NCBI GenBank assembly: GCA_035714745.1
Contig: DASTLR010000014.1
Coordinates: forward strand, 30,861 to 94,860
Length of the DNA stretch: 64,000 bases
Direction: 5' to 3'
Origin: Minisyncoccota bacterium
GTDB lineage: Bacteria; Patescibacteriota; Minisyncoccia; Phycocordibacterales; UBA6065
In this document: piece after piece, positions 27,788 through 41,175 of the stretch
Layout: every line of letters begins with the position of its first letter
How positions within the stretch are numbered: position 1 is the stretch's first letter
Translations under genes and position numbers: made by a program
Notes under the pieces: model-generated
The model's input: the letters and a program-made list of their open reading frames with translations, nothing else
Databases searched by the model: none
Told to the model about the DNA's origin: nothing

Positions 27788-28297
27788 CTATTTGACCCCC
27801 AGCAGCTGCACCTCGAATATCAGCGTCGAATTCGCCGGGATAGGGCCGATGGCCTGGGCGCCGTAGGCCAGCTCGGGAGCGATGACCAGGCGTCGGATGC
27901 CGCCGACCTTCATGCCCTGTATGCCCATGTCCCAGCCGCGGATGACGTCGCCGGCGCCGAGCTTGAAGGAGAAGGGCTGGCCCCGGTCTATCGAGCTGTC
28001 GAATTTCGTCCCGTCGGTCAGGTAGCCGATGTAATGCGCGGTGACGGTCTGTCCTGCTTTGGCGGCCGCGCCGCTGCCGACCTGTTCGTCGTAGACCTCC
28101 AGGCCCTTTACCGCGGAGATGTTCGTCATCGCTACGGTCTGTGCGCTCGATGTGGCGCTGACGCCCGCGGCCCGCGAGCCCAGGGGCGATGCCGGGCCGA
28201 CGAAGGCGTCCCAGATCTGTCCGCCAAAGAATAATATGGCTGCGGCGACCAGGGCGATGCCGACCGCGACCTTTTCTTGCTTGCTCATAGTGTTCAT
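27788..28297 (-). CDS. FKBP-type peptidyl-prolyl cis-trans isomerase with N-terminal membrane anchor
   Basis: HYIGYLTDGTKFDSSIDRGQPFSFKLGAGDVIRGWDMGIQGMKVGG matches the FKBP domain. Confidence 0.85.
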   Translation of the reverse strand: MNTMSKQEKVAVGIALVAAAILFFGGQIWDAFVGPASPLGSRAAGVSATSSAQTVAMTNISAVKGLEVYDEQVGSGAAAKAGQTVTAHYIGYLTDGTKFDSSIDRGQPFSFKLGAGDVIRGWDMGIQGMKVGGIRRLVIAPELAYGAQAIGPIPANSTLIFEVQLLGVK

Positions 28298-28390
28298 GAA
28301 AGTGTTACCGCCTGTTAAACGAAGCCTATGCTAACGTCCTTCCATTATAGTACAATGGCCCCATAAGTCACTTAATCCCGCGCACCAATC

Positions 28391-29101
28391 ATGATCAGCA
28401 ACATCTGGAGGAAGAAGCCGGCGGCGACTGACAACCGATTGACCGACCGCGAGGTCTCATACAGGGAGATGAAGGACGGTGCCCGTAGGCGCCTGGCCAC
28501 CATTCAAAGCGAGTTCAGGCACACCTTCAAGTTCCTCAAGAGCTATCCACGCTCGATCTCGTTCTTTGGCTCGTCGCGCTTTGGCGAGACTGACCCGAAC
28601 TATATCCGCTGCAGGGCTCTGGCAAAGCGCATCGTCGAGGAGACTGGCTATGCCGTCGTCACCGGCGGCGGTCCGGGCATCATGGAGGCGGCGAACAGGG
28701 GAGCGTACGAGGCGGGAGGCAAATCGGTCGGTATGAATATCCTCTTGCCCCACGAGCAGAAGATGAACGAATACCTGACCGCCCATATCAGGTTCTATTA
28801 TTTCTTCATCCGCAAAGTGGCCCTGTCGTTCTCAGCCGAGGCGTACATATTCTTTCCGGGCGGCTTCGGCACGCTAGACGAGTTCTTCGAGATCGTCACC
28901 CTGGTGCAAACGCGCAAGATCCCCAAGGTGCCGATCGTCTGCGTGGGCAAAGAATATTGGGGCAAGGTATCGGCCTTCGTCGCCGACCTCCGCGACCAGT
29001 ACAAGACCATCAGCCCTGGAGACGAGAAGGTCTTTCACGTCATCGACAGCGACGACGAGGTCATCCAGATAGTCAAAGAGGCCAAGATGAGGAGGGAGTA
29101 G
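28391..29101 (+). CDS. LOG-family (TIGR00730) nucleotide 5'-monophosphate nucleosidase-like protein
   Basis: VVTGGGPGIMEAANRGAYEAGG and FPGGFGTLDEFFE (PGGxGTxxE) motifs. Confidence 0.75.
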   Translation: MISNIWRKKPAATDNRLTDREVSYREMKDGARRRLATIQSEFRHTFKFLKSYPRSISFFGSSRFGETDPNYIRCRALAKRIVEETGYAVVTGGGPGIMEAANRGAYEAGGKSVGMNILLPHEQKMNEYLTAHIRFYYFFIRKVALSFSAEAYIFFPGGFGTLDEFFEIVTLVQTRKIPKVPIVCVGKEYWGKVSAFVADLRDQYKTISPGDEKVFHVIDSDDEVIQIVKEAKMRRE

Positions 29102-29105
29102 TGAA

Positions 29106-29148
29106 AAGAAAAAAACCGCCGGGCGTCGGGAGGGCGCGGGCGGTTTTG
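29106..29148. terminator. bidirectional terminator
   Basis: A-run, ACCGCC...GGCGGT GC-rich hairpin, then TTTTG. Lies between convergent genes. Confidence 0.5.
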
Positions 29149-29155
29149 TGCGTTT

Positions 29156-30929
<1,774 letters not shown>

Positions 30930-30994
30930 CCACATCTATCCACTGGTTATCCCCGTGATATCCCCGAAAGAGGGCTTGTTCAGCTAGTCCAAGC

Positions 30995-31023
30995 TTTACT
31001 TTTTTATCAGAAACGAGTAGAAT
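30995..31023 (+). promoter_or_regulatory. promoter-like TTTACT-17-TAGAAT at the start of a 585-nt non-coding stretch
   Basis: Good spacing and -10 element; no credible ORF downstream until 31516. Confidence 0.35.
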
Positions 31024-31392
31024 ATGCCCAGAGCGTTAGTAGCTCCTTCAATTTCCAGCTGAAACTTGTCACATAAACAGTAACAAGCAACAGCCTAATG
31101 AAAACGCACACAAACGAAAGTGGAAGAAGGTCGCCGCTCACGATCGGGCCCCGCCCGCCAGTGATTGGTCCTCGCCCTCCCTCGCCGCTCGCCTGAGCAG
31201 CCTGGTCGGCAGACCGGTGTGTTGCACAAGTCTTCGTTCCGCCATTCGGCGGAGCAGGTTCGGACGCTAGTCCATGGATATATGCCCACCTTACACGATG
31301 TTGGTCCAATTTACGTAAGGCGGGAGGGTCCCGGCACATATATTCACTACCTATAGACTTGGCCCCCATGCCATCTTCGTTTCCGTTTTCAA

Positions 31393-31418
31393 GGGTCCGA
31401 TCCGTTCGGGCCCTTTTT
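31393..31418 (+). terminator. intrinsic terminator inside the non-coding stretch
   Basis: GGGUCCG-AUCCGUU-CGGGCCC hairpin (one G-U pair) followed by T5. Confidence 0.55.
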
Positions 31419-31515
31419 GCTTCGTGAAAAGCGGAGAACATGGGCCGTCGTGGGTTCGTACTATCCAGGCATACCCCTTTATCGAACTGAACATACCATT
31501 CAACACACAGGACTC

Positions 31516-31779
31516 ATGGACAGATTTTGGGTATTTTATGCAGGACAGCTCACATGCGAGCCTGTCTATACCAATCAGCACTATTCGGAAGAGGTGAGAT
31601 TCGCGGGGCATGGCCGTCAGGCATATATCTTTCGAGAGAATCGCGACATTACCCTTATCTTTGACGAGGAGAGCCAGGTATTCCATTCCCCGACTATCGA
31701 CCTGAGAAGGTATGAAGGCCTGATCAGAAAGAGGAAAGAGGAATTCAAGCAGCCGCATGATTGCTCCGCCGTCGCCTGA
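31516..31779 (+). CDS. hypothetical protein (88 aa)
   Basis: ATG with AGGA 4 nt upstream; strong terminator at 31794..31819 right after the stop. Confidence 0.45.
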   Translation: MDRFWVFYAGQLTCEPVYTNQHYSEEVRFAGHGRQAYIFRENRDITLIFDEESQVFHSPTIDLRRYEGLIRKRKEEFKQPHDCSAVA

Positions 31780-31793
31780 CGTGTGGAGAACCC

Positions 31794-31819
31794 AGCCTTG
31801 GCAAACCCAAGGCTTTTTT
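31794..31819 (+). terminator. intrinsic terminator
   Basis: AGCCTTGG-caaac-CCAAGGCT hairpin followed by T6. Confidence 0.75.
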
Positions 31820-31948
31820 GTATGATATGGGCATGTCGATGTATTGCACCAAGTTTAATCACATCAAGCGCGTCCTCTGGACTACGGTTCAAAGGCTCAG
31901 TTGTGATTTGGTGCGATAATCCCTACTCTTCTCCGCACGAAAGCAGAA

Positions 31949-31976
31949 CCGAGCCCTCGAACGAAGGCTCGGTTTT
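31949..31976 (+). terminator. intrinsic terminator (second in tandem region)
   Basis: CCGAGCC...GGCTCGG hairpin followed by TTTT. Confidence 0.6.
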
Positions 31977-32066
31977 CTAAACGGAACAGTTCTTTCAACG
32001 GCTAACGACTTTCCGGATCGCTTCCGTTGCGGAAGCGTCCGTCATGCCAACGACTGAAACCTAGAT

Positions 32067-32420
32067 ATGCCCGATATGCCTACCGTATACCGCGACAAGA
32101 CATGCACGGAAGCCATCGAAAAGCCCGAGTTCGGCCGCCACGGATTCCTGAAAGGGGATTCAGGTGAAGCCGAACTCGTCATCTACGACAAGGGAGGCCT
32201 CGAGAGAGCGCCTCGCGAGGACGGCAGCGCCTTCTCGACCAATCCAGCCGGCTGGGTCAGCCCTGCGGAATTCAAACGCCGCAAACTGGCCCGCGCCCGC
32301 GCCTGGAAGAAGTCGCATGAAGGGCAGAGGGATTACTTGATACGGCACTTCCCGGTGCTCTTCAGATCCCAGGAGCGGTATAGCTATCTGGATTGCTACG
32401 GCGGCTGGTCATCGCCGTAG
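32067..32420 (+). CDS. hypothetical protein (117 aa)
   Basis: ORF followed by the terminator at 32432..32465; no Shine-Dalgarno. Confidence 0.4.
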   Translation: MPDMPTVYRDKTCTEAIEKPEFGRHGFLKGDSGEAELVIYDKGGLERAPREDGSAFSTNPAGWVSPAEFKRRKLARARAWKKSHEGQRDYLIRHFPVLFRSQERYSYLDCYGGWSSP

Positions 32421-32431
32421 AATCCGCGCGC

Positions 32432-32465
32432 CCCGCCGGTATGTAACGTACCGCGGGGCTTTTTC
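32432..32465 (+). terminator. intrinsic terminator
   Basis: CCCCGC(C)GGTA...TACCGCGGGG hairpin followed by T5. Confidence 0.7.
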
Positions 32466-32487
32466 TTGCATGGGATATACTTGGAGC

Positions 32488-32802
32488 ATGCCAATTAAGA
32501 ACGTTCCGGAAAAAGGTTTCTATTATCATTACAAGCATGACGATGGCAAGGATGTCTGCAATTATTCCTATGAAGTCATGGGGACTGCCCTCCATACGGA
32601 AGACCGCACATATACGGTGATCTATCGGCCGCTCTATGTGAATAGATTCCTCGACGGCGCCGATTTCTGCTCGCGTCCCTATGACATGTTCATGGGCGAC
32701 GTCGACCTGGGCAACGGTCCGGTGCCGCGCTTCAGGAAGATAGAAGACCCGAACGCGATCGCTCGTTTGAAAGAGATCAGCAAGGAGATGTATGGCGCAT
32801 AA
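32488..32802 (+). CDS. DUF1653-family protein
   Basis: GFYYHYKHDDGKD...YEVMGTALHTEDRTYTVIYRPLY matches the DUF1653 pattern. TATACT-N6-ATG at 32476..32481; an upstream ATG at 32470 is also possible. Confidence 0.6.
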   Translation: MPIKNVPEKGFYYHYKHDDGKDVCNYSYEVMGTALHTEDRTYTVIYRPLYVNRFLDGADFCSRPYDMFMGDVDLGNGPVPRFRKIEDPNAIARLKEISKEMYGA

Positions 32803-32828
32803 AAAAGCCTCCCTTGGGAGGGAGGCTT
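32801..32828. terminator. bidirectional terminator
   Basis: A6, then GCCTCCC-ttggga-GGGAGGC hairpin; T-run on the minus strand. Confidence 0.6.
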
Positions 32829-32846
32829 GAACTAGGACACTACGGC

Positions 32847-33914
32847 TTAGCCGGTGACCGTGACAGGGAACATGTCCCGCAGCATTTTCAGCTGAGCGAC
32901 CGCCTTGGCGTGGTCCTCGGTATTGCCGCAGAGCGCGTTGATGTCGGTCATCTCAGCCTTGACCTGGCGCTTGCGTTCCAAGAGCGCGTCGATCTGGCCT
33001 TTCAGGGTAGTGATCTGGAGGTCGATCTCGGCTTCTTCGGTCTGCAAGGCGCGTCCTTTTTCGACCAAGCTGTCGCGCGCGGCGATCTTGTTGGCCAGGG
33101 TCAGCATCCGTTCCCGGATCGCTTCTGCCGACGGGATGTCCAAGGAAGCGCTGCCCGTCGGCGCCGCGAGCGACGCTGGAACCGCTGGGGCCGGCTGCAC
33201 GGGAGGCTGAGCCGCTTGGTGGGCGATCTGCGGGGCAGACGGCTTTAGGCGGTAGCGATCGCTCTCGCCGTCGAAGTCCAGCATTCCGTGCATCGTAAGG
33301 CTGCGGAGGAACTGGCCGATGCTGCGATTGTTTGCCTTTGGCTCGAGCTTGCGGCAGACGTCGCGCGCTTCATCCCTGCTCATCCAGTCGCCGCCTTTCT
33401 CGATCTTGAAGGCCTCGAGGGTCGAGGCCATGAGCGTCCTGTCGGACGTCCATTCCAGGAAGTAGGAGCGCGAGGCCTCCGCTTCTTGGTCCGGCTGAGG
33501 GGCATTGGCGCCGGCGCTCTTGGTCGGGAACGGAGTCACCTTTGACCCTTCCTCGTCGAGCAGGCAGGTGCCGGTCGGGAAGGCGGCGATGAGCTCGTCA
33601 TACAGCCTTTGCGGGCGGAGCCCCTCCGGGCCTGCTGACGTCAGGAAGCACTTGAAGTGGGAGTCGTTGCTCGTCGAGTGTCGAACGTCGACCAGGACGC
33701 CGGACACTGTGAAGTTGATGATCCTGACCATGGGCGCTTGGCCGCCTCCCGAATGGACTTGGCTTTGGATGAAGACATTGTATTCTCCGCCGAAGCCGCC
33801 GCGCGACAGCATCGTCTTCACGGCTTTCACCACAGGATGAGTCGGCGTGTCCTTGCAGGTAACGGCGAGCGAGCTCGCTTTGGCGCTAGCATGTTTGGTC
33901 GGTTGGGGTAGCAT
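32847..33914 (-). CDS. hypothetical protein with C-terminal coiled coil (start uncertain)
   Basis: Long minus-strand ORF 32847..34049. Its N-terminal 45 codons overlap the uvrB start/promoter, so an internal ATG (33914, 33812 or 33731) is the more likely start. C-terminal heptad-rich segment. Confidence 0.45.
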   Translation of the reverse strand: MLPQPTKHASAKASSLAVTCKDTPTHPVVKAVKTMLSRGGFGGEYNVFIQSQVHSGGGQAPMVRIINFTVSGVLVDVRHSTSNDSHFKCFLTSAGPEGLRPQRLYDELIAAFPTGTCLLDEEGSKVTPFPTKSAGANAPQPDQEAEASRSYFLEWTSDRTLMASTLEAFKIEKGGDWMSRDEARDVCRKLEPKANNRSIGQFLRSLTMHGMLDFDGESDRYRLKPSAPQIAHQAAQPPVQPAPAVPASLAAPTGSASLDIPSAEAIRERMLTLANKIAARDSLVEKGRALQTEEAEIDLQITTLKGQIDALLERKRQVKAEMTDINALCGNTEDHAKAVAQLKMLRDMFPVTVTG

Positions 33915-33996
33915 ATGCGTATGTGTGTTTGAGGGTGCGGGTTTGACTGAATCTGGACTGAACACTACCATATTTATATATATTGTCAAATGTGCT

Positions 33997-36105
33997 ATGA
34001 TTGTGCCCATGGCAAGCCTATCAAAGAGCCCATTCAAGCTCGAGACCAAATATCAGCCGGCCGGGGACCAGCCCCAGGCCATCAAGGCGCTCGTCGAGAG
34101 CGTCCGGAAAGGCGCGCGCCACCAGACCCTCCTCGGCGTGACCGGCTCGGGCAAGACCTACGCCGCCGCGAACGTCATCCAGGAGATCGGCAAGCCCACC
34201 CTGGTCATCGCCCACAACAAGACCCTGGCCGCCCAGCTGGCCCAGGAGTACCGCGAGTTCTTCCCGCATAACGCCGTGCACTACTTCGTCTCGTACTACG
34301 ACTTCTACCAGCCCGAGGCCTATATGCCGGTGACCGACACCTATATCGAGAAGGAGGCCATGATCAACGAGGAGATCGAGCGCCTGCGCCACGCCTCGAC
34401 CCAGGCCCTGCTGACGCGCAAGGACGTCATCATCGTGGCCTCGGTCTCGTGCATCTACGGCCTGGGCTCGCCCGAGAACTACGAGAAGGTCAACATGAAG
34501 GTGGCCAAGGGCGCCAAGGCCGACCGGGCCGAGATGATCCGCCGCATGGTCGGCATCCATTTCGAGCGCACCAACGCCGACCTGGCCCCGGGCCAGTTCC
34601 GCGCCGTGGGGAATATGATCGAGGTCATGCCGGTGAACGAGAAGGCCGTCTACCGCATCGCCTTCGAGGGCGACTCCGTCTCGCATATCGACCTCATCGA
34701 CGCCGTGACCCGCCGCATCGTCCGCGAGCTGGACGTCTTCTACCTCTTCCCGGCCAAGCACTTCATCACCGACAAGGACCAGGTCGAGCGGGCCTTCCAG
34801 TCCATCAAGGCCGAGCTGGACCAGCGCCTCGAGGAGCTGAAGAAATCCGGCAAGAACCTGGAGGCAGAGCGCCTGAAGCGCCGCACCGCCTACGACCTGG
34901 CCATGATCCGCGAGGTCGGCTACTGCAACGGCATCGAGAACTACTCGCGCCACTTCAGCGGCAAGCTGCCGGGCGAGCCGCCTGACAGCCTGCTTTCGTA
35001 TTTCCCGCACAAGGCCGACGGCACGCCTGATTTCCTGACCGTCATCGACGAGTCGCACGTCACCATACCGCAGCTCCGCGGCATGTTCGCCGGCGACCAG
35101 AGCCGCAAGGACACCCTGGTCGAGCATGGCTTCCGCCTGCCCTCGGCAAAGGACAACCGCCCGCTCCGCTTCGAGGAGTTCGAGGAGCGCGTCGGGCCCG
35201 CGGTCTACACCTCGGCCACGCCGGGCGATTTCGAGCGCGAGCATTCTGCCGTCATCGCCGAGCAGGTCATCAGGCCGACCGGGCTCCTGGACCCTATCGT
35301 CGACATCAAGCCGGTGACGGAGAAGGGGGCATACAAGGGCCAGATCTTCGACTCCATCGAAGAGGCGGAGAAGGTCATCGCCAAGGGCTTTCGCGTCATC
35401 CTCACCACTCTGACCAAAAAGATGGCAGAGGACCTCGTCGACTATCTAAAGGAGCGTCGGGTCAAGGCCGAATACCTCCACAGCGACATAAAGACCATCG
35501 ACCGCATCGAGATCCTCACCGAGTTCCGCCGCGGGAAATTCGACGTGCTGGTGGGCGTCAACCTCCTGCGAGAGGGCCTGGACCTGCCCGAGGTCGCCCT
35601 CATCGGCATCCTGGACGCCGACAAGGAGGGCTTCCTGCGCTCCGAGACGTCCCTCATCCAGATCATCGGCCGCGCCGCCCGAAACGCCGAGGGCCGCGTC
35701 ATCGTCTACGCCGACCAGGTCACCGGCTCCATCGAGCGCGCCGTGCGCGAGACCGCCCGCCGCCGCGCCCTCCAGGAGGCCTATAACAGAAAGCACGGTA
35801 TCACGCCGCAGACCATCATCAAGGCAATCAAGTCGATCGCCGACCAGCTCCAGTCCGAGCACCAGAAGGCCGTCAAGGAGCAGATGAAGATCGACGAGGA
35901 GCTCTTCGCCAAAGATCCAAAGGGCTTGATCAAGAAGAAGGAGGCCGAGATGAACGAGGCGGTGAAGATCCTGGATTTCGAAAGCGCGGCACTGCTGCGC
36001 GACGAGATAGAGGAGCTCTACGAGAAGCTCGAGAAGGTAGAAGAGGGAAAGAAGCCGAAGAAAGAAGAGAAGGGAAGGAAGTTGAGTGGGAAGGAGAAAG
36101 AGTAA
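33997..36105 (+). CDS. uvrB: excinuclease ABC subunit B
   Basis: [25 protein letters not shown] Walker A, helicase motifs, and C-terminal UVR motif. K/E-rich tail at the island junction. Confidence 0.9.
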   Translation: MIVPMASLSKSPFKLETKYQPAGDQPQAIKALVESVRKGARHQTLLGVTGSGKTYAAANVIQEIGKPTLVIAHNKTLAAQLAQEYREFFPHNAVHYFVSYYDFYQPEAYMPVTDTYIEKEAMINEEIERLRHASTQALLTRKDVIIVASVSCIYGLGSPENYEKVNMKVAKGAKADRAEMIRRMVGIHFERTNADLAPGQFRAVGNMIEVMPVNEKAVYRIAFEGDSVSHIDLIDAVTRRIVRELDVFYLFPAKHFITDKDQVERAFQSIKAELDQRLEELKKSGKNLEAERLKRRTAYDLAMIREVGYCNGIENYSRHFSGKLPGEPPDSLLSYFPHKADGTPDFLTVIDESHVTIPQLRGMFAGDQSRKDTLVEHGFRLPSAKDNRPLRFEEFEERVGPAVYTSATPGDFEREHSAVIAEQVIRPTGLLDPIVDIKPVTEKGAYKGQIFDSIEEAEKVIAKGFRVILTTLTKKMAEDLVDYLKERRVKAEYLHSDIKTIDRIEILTEFRRGKFDVLVGVNLLREGLDLPEVALIGILDADKEGFLRSETSLIQIIGRAARNAEGRVIVYADQVTGSIERAVRETARRRALQEAYNRKHGITPQTIIKAIKSIADQLQSEHQKAVKEQMKIDEELFAKDPKGLIKKKEAEMNEAVKILDFESAALLRDEIEELYEKLEKVEEGKKPKKEEKGRKLSGKEKE

Positions 36106-36124
36106 AGAATTTATTTACTATTAT

Positions 36125-37003
36125 ATGAACGACAAAGATATTAAAGAAAAAGCAATCTTCGTTGTTGGCTTACTGGCCGCTTTCTTAGCTTTTAGTGCTT
36201 TTAAGGAAGAACTCTCGAAAATAAGTCTGATTATCTTTGGTAGTAATTTTTCACTACTGGGGATAATGATTTTCTTTGCAATCTTACTTTCGATTTCTGT
36301 CTATTTATATGCGCTCGATTATTTACGATATAGTTTGGGTAAGTATCAAAATTTTTTCATACTTCGTTGGATAATTCCTCTAGGAAACTTCTTCTTTTCT
36401 TTAGCAATTCTGTCTCCAATATTAGTTTTGGTTGCATGGATATTTGGTTCAAAAGAAGTAATTGATTTTGCAGAAAGTCACGCTCAATTCGCTAAGAATT
36501 TGGATGTGATTTTGGGATTAGTCCTAGTAGTATTTAGTATTTTCAATGCATACAAGTTAACAAAGGAGACAAAGCGAACAATTGTTAAGTCTTTTGAGAC
36601 AGTTAGAAGTTTGTATCTACAAAGAGCATTAAAGCTTTTTGAAAACAAGTTTTATACAGAAACCGTAATTGAGGTCTATAAAACACTCGAACAGTTTTTG
36701 AAGGAAAGGATATTTGAAGACAAGGGCCTAACAACCAAGAACTCAGGCATGAGAGAACTTATGGATTTAGTAATCAAAAATAAAGTAATTGATAAAAAAT
36801 ATATTCCACTGATTGAAGATTTAAGAGGTCTTAGAAATAAGGCTGCACACTCTTTAAACCCTGCTTCAAAAGAAGATGCTCAGTTTGCTCTAAATTTAGT
36901 AAAGGAACTTCTTGAAAGCGACGCAGCCCGCTTTGATCTTTATAGCGATGAGGCAGGAGATGAGTGGATTCAAAATCAAATTGATCAAGATAGCGGTAAG
37001 TAG
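36125..37003 (+). CDS. membrane-anchored HEPN/DUF4145-like protein (4 TM + cytosolic R-N-x3-H domain)
   Basis: Four N-terminal hydrophobic helices. C-terminal LIEDLRGLRNKAAHSL fits DUF4145 and HEPN (Rx4-6H, RNxxxH). Confidence 0.5.
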   Translation: MNDKDIKEKAIFVVGLLAAFLAFSAFKEELSKISLIIFGSNFSLLGIMIFFAILLSISVYLYALDYLRYSLGKYQNFFILRWIIPLGNFFFSLAILSPILVLVAWIFGSKEVIDFAESHAQFAKNLDVILGLVLVVFSIFNAYKLTKETKRTIVKSFETVRSLYLQRALKLFENKFYTETVIEVYKTLEQFLKERIFEDKGLTTKNSGMRELMDLVIKNKVIDKKYIPLIEDLRGLRNKAAHSLNPASKEDAQFALNLVKELLESDAARFDLYSDEAGDEWIQNQIDQDSGK

Positions 37004-37010
37004 TTTATAT

Positions 37011-37706
37011 ATGAAAAGCACTAGAAAGCTTTTATGGACTGCATATCTGAATACAAATGAGTGTGACAAACATCGTGAGCTGAAATACTTAAACGTAGGA
37101 GTTCTTTCAAATACTATTGAAATAGTAATTAAACCAAAAACAAGTTATATACTTTTTTCACTACCAGAATCACTCTCTATTGACGACAAGATTTATATCA
37201 TCTGTCTAACAGATATAGTTGAGCAACTTATTCAAATTTTAGCCTGGAGGTATGACATATCGTTATCTTTAAATAGAATTGTTAAGGGGAATCCTAGGGG
37301 AATTAAAGTTCTCTGCTCCGCTATAAAAAGCGACAAGAGATTTACGGCAATATTCCCTTACAATTTAACAGAGAGAAATCAACAGTTACTTGAGGCGTAT
37401 AGTGAAATAACAAATGAAGCTAATAGGGCCTTTAAATTTTTAATGTGCTATAGACTAATTGAGGTTTTATCTGCGGAGTTTAATGAAAAAACAGACAATT
37501 TAATTAAAAAAATTTTTCCGGAAATTAAACTAGTTGAAGATAAAAGGAATCCGAAATTTAAAAGAACTATAATTACGCATATTAGAAACAAAATTCACGC
37601 AACAGATAACAGATATACTTTTCCGCGAAGTGATTTTAATAGAATAATCGAGACCACAAAACCTGTTTTGAGGTCTCTTATTCAAAGAAAATTTGCTAAT
37701 GCTTAA
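37011..37706 (+). CDS. hypothetical protein with second RNK-H motif (possible diverged HEPN-like paralog)
   Basis: IITHIRNKIHATDNRY echoes the RNKAAH of the upstream gene. Alternative start at 36960 has a better Shine-Dalgarno and overlaps the upstream gene. Confidence 0.4.
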   Translation: MKSTRKLLWTAYLNTNECDKHRELKYLNVGVLSNTIEIVIKPKTSYILFSLPESLSIDDKIYIICLTDIVEQLIQILAWRYDISLSLNRIVKGNPRGIKVLCSAIKSDKRFTAIFPYNLTERNQQLLEAYSEITNEANRAFKFLMCYRLIEVLSAEFNEKTDNLIKKIFPEIKLVEDKRNPKFKRTIITHIRNKIHATDNRYTFPRSDFNRIIETTKPVLRSLIQRKFANA

Positions 37707-37711
37707 ATATC

Positions 37712-37996
37712 TTATTGATATTTGTTAAGCCATTTCCAAGCATCCATAGGAAGCCATCCATAGTATGTCTTTGGATTTATTTCCACCAGGAGAAAATGGA
37801 GATCACCTGAACATTTTATGATTTGGTTGTATAGACTTATCACATCCAATGGTGAAACTAAAATGTATGTGGAATGTAGATAATGCCACCAATCTTTGAC
37901 TACGTTTGGGTATAAACCGACTAGATTACTATGGAGAATTACATAGTTGTAGTCTGTTCTATTTGTATCGAATGTTAGTATATAAAATTTATTCAT
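37712..37996 (-). CDS. small hypothetical protein (94 aa, Trp-rich C-terminus)
   Basis: AT-rich ORF convergent with the two plus-strand island genes; overlaps the next ORF by 8 nt. Confidence 0.35.
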   Translation of the reverse strand: MNKFYILTFDTNRTDYNYVILHSNLVGLYPNVVKDWWHYLHSTYILVSPLDVISLYNQIIKCSGDLHFLLVEINPKTYYGWLPMDAWKWLNKYQ

Positions 37997-38369
37997 GAGG
38001 GTTTTCGGGAGTATTTAAAAGAAGTGGATTGGCGATACCTGCAAGTAGTTCGGCGTTTTTGTCTAAGGTATGGTCTTTATCGCCCAAAGCATCAATGAAA
38101 TGTTTTTTAATCTGAAACTCTTCAGATCTTAAGTACTCAGGCTTTGTAAGCATAAAGTACAAGTAAGCAACTATAGATAAAATAACCGGGATAAGCCCAA
38201 TTGCCAGAAAAACTATTTTTAACCAAAGTTCAATGCAAAAAATAGCCGCTCCAAAACTTGGCACAGATATCAAACCACAAAGCCAAAGAGCAGCATTAAC
38301 AGCGCTTTTAACACTTACTTTATTTATTGCACCCGAGGCTTTGAAGACGAAACCCTCAGCCATATTCAT
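37989..38369 (-). CDS. small hypothetical membrane protein (126 aa)
   Basis: Two or three TM helices (LWLCGLISVPSFGAAIFCIELWLKIVFLAIGLIPVILSIVAYLYF); first gene of the minus-strand pair. Confidence 0.4.
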   Translation of the reverse strand: MNMAEGFVFKASGAINKVSVKSAVNAALWLCGLISVPSFGAAIFCIELWLKIVFLAIGLIPVILSIVAYLYFMLTKPEYLRSEEFQIKKHFIDALGDKDHTLDKNAELLAGIANPLLLNTPENPHE

Positions 38370-38507
38370 TAAAGAATATCATCAAGGTCCTGCAAAGACC
38401 ACTAAAATTATTACTTTTATGTTCCATAGGTTCGCCAAACAATACTTCAATATGTTAAACTCCCTCATACCGACCCCTAGCCCCCATGCTCGGGCGTCGT
38501 GCCGTAT

Positions 38508-41147
<2,640 letters not shown>

Positions 41148-41154
41148 ATAAAAA

Positions 41155-41175
41155 AGCCCGACACTATGTCGGGCT
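41155..41175. terminator. bidirectional terminator
   Basis: AGCCCGACA-CTA-TGTCGGGCT perfect 9-bp hairpin with an A6 run upstream. The loop contains the stop codon of minus gene 41164..41769. Confidence 0.6.

Larger units (their letters stand above)
36106..38498. other. low-GC (~35%) inserted island between uvrB and uvrA
   Basis: Sharp compositional drop relative to the ~60% GC flanks. Carries four unusual ORFs. uvrB and uvrA are normally separate or adjacent without such content. Confidence 0.6.

Noticed and set aside
31007-31441. Minus-strand 144-aa ORF and plus-strand 63-aa ORF inside the non-coding stretch.
   Set aside because: Gly/Arg low-complexity, no Shine-Dalgarno or leaderless signal. 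They span a predicted terminator hairpin.
30930-31515. RNase P RNA, SRP RNA or 6S RNA in the long non-coding stretch.
   Set aside because: Universally conserved RNase P blocks (GGAAAGUCCGG, AGGGUGAAA, ACAGAAACCCGGCUUA) and the SRP GGAA/AGCAG domain IV motifs are absent on both strands.
36106-38498. Direct repeats flanking the low-GC island (TTATTTACTATTAT near 36110 versus TTATTACTTTTAT near 38405).
   Set aside because: Similarity is weak and AT-rich, so chance matches are likely. Not claimed as target-site duplications.
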